Shown here: piece by piece, positions 24,172-34,800 of the stretch
Numbering within the stretch: the stretch's first letter is position 1
Layout of the letters: every line of letters starts with the position of its first letter
Assembly (NCBI GenBank): GCA_037379345.1
Contig: CM074519.1
Location: forward strand, 41,770,851 to 41,834,850
Reading direction: 5' to 3'
Origin: Perna viridis
Taxonomy: Eukaryota
DNA length: 64,000 bases
The notes under the pieces: generated by a model
What the model was told of the DNA's origin: nothing
Database searches by the model: none
The model's input: only the letters and a program-made list of their open reading frames with translations
Position numbers and translations under genes: made by a program

Positions 24172-25738
24172 ATAACGTCATTGAGCGCAGTGTTAAGTTG
24201 AGAAAATGCTCCGCCTGACAAGTGTCTGTGATCTGTTATGGTAGTTGATATATATGTTAGTATTGAAGACAGAAAGAAAATACTGCTTTTTTCGGAATTT
24301 ATCGATTTAAAGCAGGAAGCGTTTCCTCGAGTCTCGGACTATGTTTATAGTATGATAATTTATGCAACGAATTTCTGTACAAAGGCTTTAGTCATTCTCT
24401 TGGGAATACACCATCATACTTCATTTACGACACAGGGATTTCAATGATTTAGAAATACATTTTTTTTTGTATTAAAGTGAAGGTTCGCGCTTTACGCTGT
24501 AATCATGGTGACATGCACAAACTTCTAGTTAGCACTGACCGTTTCCTTCTGGAATTTTATGTTAAGATTTTTTTTTCGGCTAAAGCGCAGGAACTAAAAA
24601 ATAAATTTTTGAACGTCTACAGTATTAAGTTATGGGGGATATTGATTTTTTTCCTGTCAATGGTAGAGTGAAACAAAATGCTCAAATTTTGAATATTTTT
24701 TTTAATCCAATCAATAATCTAAACTAGTTTGTCAATTATTTGTAAAACAGTTGCAGGTCTTTGCTTTGAAAGCTTTCCCCTTCTAATGTACATGTTAAGA
24801 CCTTTTGTTTGACATACAACATCAAATAATCCCAGTCCCCCCACCCCTACCCTCAATGCCTTACCAATAATGACATCGAATCACTTGAATCTACTAATAT
24901 ACTAAATTATTTTATTTTCAATCGAGGGCCAGGCGATTTCATCTTTATGTATTTAAGCATTGGATATCATGGTGTTTTGAACCTTTCCCTACATTTAGTG
25001 AAACATGATCACGCATATATTTGTCAATGTTTGTCATAATTGAGAACTATATACAACAACGCTAGAAAGAATTACTTGAGGTCAACAGCTTACACTACCA
25101 AACTTATCAAAAAATGATTTCAAACATTAAGATAAAAAGTTTAATTGATAATACCCTCCATATTAAAATCATTATTAAATATTATTTTAGGGATACCAGA
25201 TCTACACATAAAACTTTTCAAAACCCAATTGAGGCATTATGTTAGCCATGAGTTACTTAACAGAAGCGAGTCGGCATGTATAGCAGATCAAATATTAGTC
25301 GTTAAATGTATCGACGACGTCGTTTAATGAGGTATTTATGTTACATTTATCTATATTTCGATCAATTTCAAAAAGATATAGCCTCTAATCAACCTCGCTG
25401 TGAAACAAGCATTCACTGTTTCTGAAAGAAATTAAAAGCTTCACGAAGCATGATAAGACTGCAGCATGTTGAACACTGTTCCTTTGGGGCATATGTCGTC
25501 ACAATACTAGGATTTGCACACTTAAGAATAGGGACATACAGTTCATTATGCAATTGGATAACCAGAAGTGTAGTCACAACTGATTTCGAAATATAGCACA
25601 AAATTTAAAATTAACTTAAAGAGGAAAAAAAGTTCTGCTAAACGGCGCTAATCAAAGACCCTTGCCTTCGATCTCTGTTACTGTATAAAAGAGTTGTAAA
25701 TCTGAATGAAAAACGAAGGCAGCAATTTTTATAAGGAA

Positions 25739-25960
25739 CAGGCGCGTAGCTGCACTTAATTTTGCCAATTTGTTTTTTTGGAGATAAAATACATCCAGGA
25801 GAGGCATAAATGATGCTCTAAAACGCTATCTCCGCGGAGCTTCGGGGGGGAGGAGGGGAGGGGGGCTCTGCCCCCTGGACCTGCTGGGGGCCTTAAGCGT
25901 CCCACAGATCCCTTGCCGTAATTTTGCCTACATTTCAATTTGGCCTCAGCTACGCGCCTG
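25739..25960 (-). mobile_element. MITE, same family as 3897-4115, 5-bp TSD (AGGAA)
   Basis: CAGGCGCGTAGCTG...CAGCTACGCGCCTG perfect 14-bp TIR with AGGAA flanking both ends. Confidence 0.88.
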
Positions 25961-28841
25961 AGGAATCTAATACAAAAATCGAAATTGGACCAATAATACA
26001 AATGTTGATTTTTTGAGGGGGCGTGGCCCCTTTAGCCCGGCCCTTCAAAATCGAAGACTGTAAGAAATATCTGAAATCCGATTGAAAAACGCATGAAGGG
26101 ATTTCCAGCAGCAATCAAATAAAAAAATCAAAATCTTTTTTGAAGTAGATTTTTTTGGGCGTGGTCCTCATTTCTCACCCTTTGACGGTTCAACATAAGT
26201 CTACCTTGTAAAACGGTTCAACATAAGTCTACCTTGTAAAACATTTACAACATAATTTCAAAAGTAATACATTGACAATTCGACCATCAAAGTCAGATCA
26301 ACAATAAACTTTTTCTATCAATTCTAATGATAACACCAGTTTCCTCCTTTCAGCCTCTTATTTCAGAATGGGTTGGACAAAAACCTCCAAAATACTAGAG
26401 AGCCCTCCGCCATGTCCCTATGAACAATTTGAAATAAAAGAATAAAAAGATTGGATAAGTTTTACTGAAGTTTCCGTAAATAAACGAATGTTAAAGGCTA
26501 AAAACCACTAATTCCACTTCCCATAGGCTTCTATGCTAATTTCACAATATTCAATGGCTTCTCTAGACTTTACCTTAACTTTAACCTGCAGAGGACTATA
26601 TATCAGCATGATTCTACATATGTCAGCTCACAATCCTCAGAATGGCATGTGGGGTTAGCAGACTTGCAGTGCAGTACTGGTCACCGGAAGTGAAGGGTCT
26701 ATAAATAGCATGGGAAATCCCAGTGTTTTCACAAGATAGGGGTATATTTAAAAATCATTATGGAGATTAGGCTTCACATCACAAGAAGCAAAATGCACCT
26801 ATAAAATGTTTTTCCTTTCAGAAACTGTTTAAATTTTTTAAATAAGATGAGAACTTTTTTCACAGCACTATGAGGAACAGGGGTAATTTCTGCGTAGGAC
26901 TATTTTTGCGTACGTTCCAAATGCTCATTGGTTGAATTGGTGGTCTGTAACCTAAAGGACGCTAAAGATGCAGACGGCGACGAAGACAGATTGTTTCCAT
27001 TATACTATCGAAAACACATCGCAGTCGTATAAAAACTTGCTTGAAAATTATGTCACTAGATATATCTTCCTGTGATGATAAATTCTATTTTAATAAGGCG
27101 ACAAATTGTATAACCCTTTTCTGTGAAAACAAGAGGATCTCACGTCCTATTTAACTAGTTCATTCCACTGTTCACATCAATCGAATTTTGTTCAAATGTA
27201 TGAAATCTGTAATACCCATTTGTCATCTACAGGAATACGAGCTGACGCATGTAGTTTTAGTTTTAGAGTAAAGTTTTAGTATAGTCAAGGGACACCATTT
27301 AAAATTTTGACATTAGCAATGAATCTTGTTGGAGAGGATTCCAAGCCTTATTTGGGTAATAATTTCATATTTTGCCTCACTGTTCTCCACTCGCTAGTCA
27401 CTATCTTATAAATATTGTCCCGTTTTCTTTCTTGGCAAGTCGCTTGTTTATATATGTCTATGTTTTACCATTTTCATATACTCAGTAACACACAGGACTA
27501 TAATCTACCAGACTGAGTTTATTTTTTCTTTTATTGCCGCCTTTTCAATCAAGTGGGTTAGGTTCCCATCGAATAATGTTTGTAAGACCAGGTATGTTGA
27601 AACAGCTCCCACATACCAAACTTTACTTCCAACAGAATCGATAAAACAAATTCAGCATATGTTACCTCCCAATTCCTTCGCCCGGCCCTTATTCATGCTA
27701 CCCTCAGTTTTTTTTCCTCATGCATGCCCACAAAAGACGTCATTTTAAAAGACATCAGTTGGTGGTCTTTCATTTTAGTGACTGGTTGTTGAATGTCCAC
27801 GGGTTAATAAAATGTAATCTCTTGTTGTGTCATTAGCAAGCAATACAAATCTAGCTACTATTCATCGATTAATTTGATGAAATATTCTTCTTGAAATATC
27901 TTCCAATGTTCCGATGTAAGCTAGCTGAAATAAATCAATCAAAACGAACTTATATTTCAGTGGTGGATCCCGGGGAAAAGGGGGCTAAGAATCACATTTG
28001 GTGAAATTTTGGGGAAAAAATTTTTCAAATGCCAGCCAGGACCCCCTTCTTTTCTAAATTTCTGGACCCACCCCTACATTATTACAAGTTTTTAAATAAC
28101 CAATATTATCTTACCTGTTTAAATGGATAAAGAATCCAAGCACACTCTCCTGTTCATTCTTTAGGACATTACAACCCTACTACCACACTGCATCAATGTG
28201 ATTAATGATAGATAGCACAGACAATGGTACGTGCTCATAGATAACATTGACATTATATCGTATTGAATTAATAGTAGATGGTAGTTTTATCTTCCAGCAG
28301 GTATATCATTCGGATGATAGTACATAAAACAGAATTTACATAGTAATTCATCAGGCTTCCGGTCGGGGTCATTTGATTATATACTGACAATAACCAATAA
28401 TATATATATACAAGCTTGTATGAATAAGAATTTATGGAAACTTCCTTGATCTAGAATTGTGCTTTTCGTATTTATTATAGTATTATTGCGACTAGTCCAA
28501 TACGTCTTAATGGCCTAGGCCACCGTGGATTTTTTGGCGCACTTTTTGTATTTTTGTATGTTGTATTGTATTGGCAGATTTTATCATATTTGGCTAATAT
28601 TCGAACGTTAGTCAATAATACGAAATATCAAAATCCTTAAATTCTTTCTACATTTTACTATCAAACAATTGAAAGCATATGCAAGCTATAATTATCTTTT
28701 TAAAAAAAGCTCTGATGCGATTGTGAATTATTCAATAGTTACACAGGTATTTAAACAATGGTCTGTTTGATTCATGACACACCTGTAGCAAGTTTCAACA
28801 CAGAGCCAAATCTTTTTTTCTTTTAATTAATCATTTGCACG

Positions 28842-31800
28842 TCATCCAATGGGATTGAAACCAGTCAGATGTAGATGTAAATTAGTATAGGAGGTGACAT
28901 CTTCGTCAAAATTTCGCCCTCGTTTTGAGTACCCGGCAGAACCGTCAACAGCGCGTGAAAATACTACTCTAAATGTCGGATGTTTTTCCGATGTATCTCC
29001 GTATCCGCTGTGATGATCTAAAGCATCGAAAGCACTCGTCGCTACTTTCACAAATTCTGATTTTCGCGAAGTTATAGGAGTCTTGGAATTAAAGATGTCT
29101 CTTGAGTTTAAAGGTGTTGGAAATCTCTCATTTCCCAACATAGATGTCTTTGACGATGAGAATTCTATGGATTTGTTACTAAGAAACATTTTGTCTCCTT
29201 CTGTCAGATAATGCAGAAATACGTTCTCTATTGCAAAGTAGAAATGTTTCATGTCTATAGATGACTTTGAAACATCCATGAAGGTGACTCCATTTTCTCC
29301 TATTACCTACAAAACAGACAAATCGTTTTACAGGTGTACAGTGGAGACAAAAGTTTGGTTAAATATAAAAAAAAACAAACTAGAAAATCACCGGGGCACC
29401 CCCTTGCCGAATTTCTGGTTTCGCCAGTGTAAACACTTTTTGTTTAAATACTGACACACATACACACTTGTACAAAATATGAATCACTAACTTGTATAAC
29501 AGTGAGTTGACCGTGACCCCTCTGACCTTGTTAAACTAGAATAGCCATTCATCTTTTGAATTAGTAATAATGGAACTTAAACTCTTGCTTTCAGTTGTTT
29601 AACTGCTTGAATTAAAGTGTCTATATAAATGGCCATAGAGTTTAAGCTCCATTGTAACTATTCAACAGGGGAGTTCATTTCGCAAAACTGGTGTTAACCT
29701 AGGGCTACTCCAATTCAACAAGGTCAGAAGTGAAAGTCAACCGACTGTAAGAATTCGTAAATATAACAAGAGGCTCCCAGGAGCCTGAATCACCTACCTG
29801 GTTGAATTTTGCCTTTCAAAGGCAATAAATTTAACAAGAAGTTGTCCAACAATTTTGACTGAAGAAGTCTATGGTAGGGCTTATCATATGGGTCATTTCA
29901 ACAAATTGAAAGTTTCTTTCAATCTATCATTGTTTTTAAGATAATGACTGAAAACTGTTAAAAAAGTCATTTTTCCCCTTTCAAGGGCAATAACTCTTAC
30001 AAGGTGTCAGGTCTCACTAACCACTTCCGGGTCAAATTGCCACCCCCTATGTAGTACCAAAAACACACTGAACCTAGATATATGCATTGTAAATACATTA
30101 TTTGTGTGTATTCTGATCAAAAATAGTTAAAATAAAGCTGAGAATGTGTACTTTAAAATCATTTTTGTAATTTACTACAAAAAGTGAATGAATATCATAT
30201 AAATGTGTGAGTAATTTGCCTCCATGCTGTCAGTTAGAAGAAAAGGTAAAAATGTTGATTTTCAGTTTTTTTTTTTTTTATTCAAGTAAATTTTGTGAAG
30301 AATTTCTAAGATCATCGTACCATTAGAATAAATTTAGAATAATGATTTTGAAAGCCTTCGTTTCCAAGCTTCGCAATGGTATGCAACTTTCAGGTGTCAT
30401 TTGTCTTGGGAATTCACAGTGAAACATTGAAAATTACTAGTTGACGCTTACCCTACCGGTGCACCTGGTCCATGCTCCCAGTTTTTAGTGGAGTCCGAGT
30501 TGCTCATTTACTTTTGTTACTTTGTGTGTATGATTTTAGTTACTTTATGTTCTTTATTGTGAGTGTCTGTTTTCCATGTCTGGTCTTTGTCCCTGGATTG
30601 CGTTCTTTTGATTACCGCTATGGCCTTGGTTCCCTTGATTACTCTTTAACCTCATCTGACAAATTTTATCCCAGGCCTGTAGACTTTAGTAGTCTTAATA
30701 ATAAGGATCATTTCAGCTATTGAAAGAATTTGGCTAAACCTAACGGTTTTGGAGATATATACATGTACGTAAAAACTACTGTCTGACCCCCACACTGTAT
30801 GTTCTATTTCTAGTATCGGCTGCCATGTTTTTTGACGGATCAAAAATCCCCACTACAGTTCTATGCAGGATACACCATGGAACATTCGTACCATGTTTGG
30901 TTCCAATTAATCAAATAATGTCAGAGGAGGAGATTTTTGAAAGAAATAACATTAAAAATAGCAAAAATCGTTGAAAAAGGGCAATAATTCTAACATGGCT
31001 TAACGGATTAAAACCAAACTTTGACCAGAGATAGATCTTATCATACTGAACACCTTTACCCAATATCAGAATTTAGTTAAACCTAACGGTTTTGGAGATA
31101 TATGTGAAAAACTACTGTCTGACCCCAATCTTCTGTTTTTAGTAACAGCAGCCATGTTTTTCGACGAATCAAAAATCCCCACATTAGTTCTATGCAGGAT
31201 ACCCCAAAGAACATTTATACCAAGTTTGGTTCTAATTAGCCGAGTAGTTTCAGAGGAGAAGAGTTTTGTATAATTGTTAACGACGACGACGACGGACGCC
31301 AAGTGATGGCAATAGCTCACATGGCCTTTGGCCAAGTGAGCTAAAATATGATGTTCACGTTATGATTTGTATACAATTCAATGGAAATACAGAAAGCAAT
31401 ACCTCGGCAACAGCTTGATCAGTTCCCACGTGTCGGATGATTAATGCAGTGTTCTCGTCAATACCGATGCCCCATTTCACTCCATTCGGGAGACGTTGAG
31501 TTTCATGCAACACCCTGACAAGACGCCCCTCTCTACCCTTTTGACTAAAATAGAATGTTGGGGAGCATATAATAATTACCACTGCAAGGGAGGAACTATT
31601 TCATTGAGAACTTGTCTTAATTTTCCGCGATTTTATGTGTTTATTTCAATTAAATATTACATTTAGTCCTAGTCAATCTGATATATCAAATATTCCATAG
31701 GCATTTCTGTCTTAGCAAATAAATCATTCATTAGATGTTTTGGATTTCCTTTACATGATTATGCAACACTTAAAAATTTTAAAGAAGCTCGGAATTGGTC

Positions 31801-34800
31801 AAAATTATCATTATTAAGGGAGGTCTGTAAATGTTTATTTAAGACCCTTACGTATTTATGAACCTCAACAATTCGATTTCAGAACGTCCACAATTCGATT
31901 TCTGGACCTCCAATTCGAATTATGGTGGTCCTGAAATCAACTTGTGGAGCTTCTCAGATATTTATGGAAGTCCTGAAATCGATTTGAGGAGATCCTGAAA
32001 ACGAATTGCGGAAGTCCATAAATAATTAAAGACCTCCTTAAAAAATGATAATTTTGACTTATTCCGTACCTCATATATTTTACTGTTTTTCGGAGTGATA
32101 AAAAAAGTCTACTATAGGTAATCATTGTTGGATATATAATTATATACACTGAAATTACTTTCTATATGTTAACTGTTTTTGCATATAATATCTATGTATC
32201 GTGTTTAGATCACACCTTTTACGTCCTCTTTCCAGTAAAATATTGAATTGAAAATGCATATACTAAATGCTTATAAAACACAAGACTATTTGTATCGCGC
32301 TAGAACTCTAACATATAGGCTTCTGGAACAGGGTTATGTTGCTCCAAGACTGAAGTAATCACTACAGAAGTTTTGTGGTCGTCATCATGAACGCGTGGTG
32401 GATTGTTATGGTGTATCCATCTGCACCATGAAAACTGATTTATTCAACGGGTCATGGTTTTCCTTTCCTCGTTTGTCTACCCCGGACTGACTTTTTATGA
32501 GCAACTCGGCGGGTGTGTCTAGAAAAACAGAGGACGCTTACCCTACTGGTGCACCTGGTCCATGCTCCCAGTTTTAGTGGAGTCCGAGTTGCTCATTTGC
32601 TTCTGTTACTTTGTATGTATGAATTTAGTTACTTTATGTTCTTTGTTGTATATGTCTGTTTTCCATGTCTGGTCTTTGTCCCTTTGTAAATTCTCTTGAT
32701 TACCGCTATAACATTGGTTCCCTTGATTACTCTTTAATTTCCATTGTCTTAACACATTTTGTAGCAGAAGCTGTCATTTTTGTTTATGCCCAATCAAATG
32801 CTATGCATGAATTAAAAATATAATCTGCTTTTCGTGAAAGTATAAATTTAAGGTAGATTTATCATGGTTGATATACGAACCTGAAATGAGCATCCAGTAC
32901 GAAGCCATCGAGGAAACCTAGACCTCCACGTTGGTCGTACAGTAAGTAATCTCTGTTTTGGCTTGCATGTATCTCATACGGACCGTACTTCAATGTATCA
33001 TACGAGTTACCGGCTACAATATAAAGATGCTATTCTGTACGTATAAGCTAGCAATTTTACTTTACTAGAGCTAATTTTAAAAACTAATCATGATCAATAA
33101 GTAATACCGGTTTTCTTTAAAACGTATATACTGCATTATTTCCATTTAAACCATAAGGTGCATAGGTTTGGTAACCCTTCTGCGTCATAATAACCCTTCA
33201 ATAAAGGAAACTGATTAACACATGACTATGCCCGGGGACTGTGTAAACGCTTCAATGCTTTAAACCGTGTGTGTGTGTGAGAGACCCCAAATGACAGTCA
33301 AGGGGTTAAGAAACCCATCTGACCGTCATGTATTAGAAATACCACATATGAGTGCAAACCGGGTCTAACAGTATTGAGTATATATGTTGGCAGAAAACGA
33401 TAATTAAACCAAGTATATCCTGCAAATGATTGGCTAACATTGTATTACGATAGATTTTTTGGGGGGATTTTATTGGTTTATTTTCACAAAGACAGTCGAA
33501 TTATCTGCTAAAAGCAACAATATCCTAGCTTTATAATGCACGAAATGAAGGGTGTAACGGATATATACGGAAAGTGCTATAATTTTCAACTTTATTGTTA
33601 TAGTGCAATTTAACAACAATTTGCGTGTAGTTAAGGGTGTTATTTTATTTTGCAATCTCAGGTTAAAGCAAATAATTATCAAGTTATTTATTCCACAATC
33701 ATAAAGCCAACGAGTTTCTGAAACTATAGATATATCAGATCGTTTCCCTCCCTACAACATGACAACTAATGACATACATGTACATCCCTGTCCGATAATA
33801 AAAAGATGTGAAGTACCCACTCCTCCGCTGAAAGTACATACCTCCTCCCCCTGCATACATGTAACAGCTGGTGACACACAATTTCCTGTTCGGAAATGGA
33901 ACAAGATAGTTCCGCTTTTGTATTTTTAATTTTCCCTTCTACAACATTACGAAGTACGAAATGCATTCCTCATCGTCGCTGGATATTTATCACAAGGGCC
34001 ATTTTTTTCACAAAGTTAATAAAGATATGTTGAATTTGAATTTATATTTGTTTCTATGTTCCTTTCCTACAATATGACAGCCGAGGACGCAAGTTGTCTC
34101 CCTTGTTGGAGCTAGATATGATTACACTACTTACTTCCTCCCCACAGCATTACAGCTGAGGACATGCATTCCTCCCCAGCGCTGGAACCAGATACCACAA
34201 TACCTTTGTTATACATGTCCTTAATGGTCAGTAGTGCTGGTGATGGTACTCTGTTCCGTGAGTAGAGACTTGAAAGTAAAAAATGTTGAAGAAAATTGCC
34301 CGATTTAACTATATTGCCATTAACGAAACGAAACCACCGAAAAGTCTATCGATTATAGTCCAAATCTCAAATTTGGCTAGGCAATGCTAAGAAATGTTTT
34401 TATTAGGAAAACAATTTCTAGAGAAACCACGAAATGACTAAATAAATCAAGCGATAAAAGTCCTAATTTTTTTGGCTAAATACTTAGAAAACATTTGTAA
34501 TAAGACAATAATCAAAGTGGCCAGCCATTTTAAATTAGGTCACAAATTTTACGGAATACAATATATTTTTGACAAAACGGACTTAAAGTTAGTAATGGCA
34601 ATTCGTTGGCTATTTTTATATTTTCTTTCCGCAAATTAAAATACGTATTTGTTAACTTCTAACCAGATGTACCCATTCAAAATGCTGAAAACCAAATGTT
34701 AAGTGCGTTTAAACTGCTTTTATAAAGGATTTCCAGGATTGTTGGACTTTCTCATCAGGAAGGTCACTTTTGTTTCGTCAGTTTAGTCACAATCTGCCGT

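Noticed and set aside
1758-30723. Three similar hydrophobic ORFs (1758, 19185, 30472; 'MLPVFSGVRVAHLLLLLC...') resembling a small membrane-protein family
   Set aside because: They are T-rich 3' tails of the Penelope-like repeat. Similarity starts and stops at the repeat boundaries.
32290-32734. Hammerhead ribozyme or SECIS in the Penelope-like tail
   Set aside because: No CTGANGA/GAAA hammerhead core was found. The ATGA is locked in a Watson-Crick stem rather than forming a SECIS GA quartet, so it is reported only as an unclassified structure.
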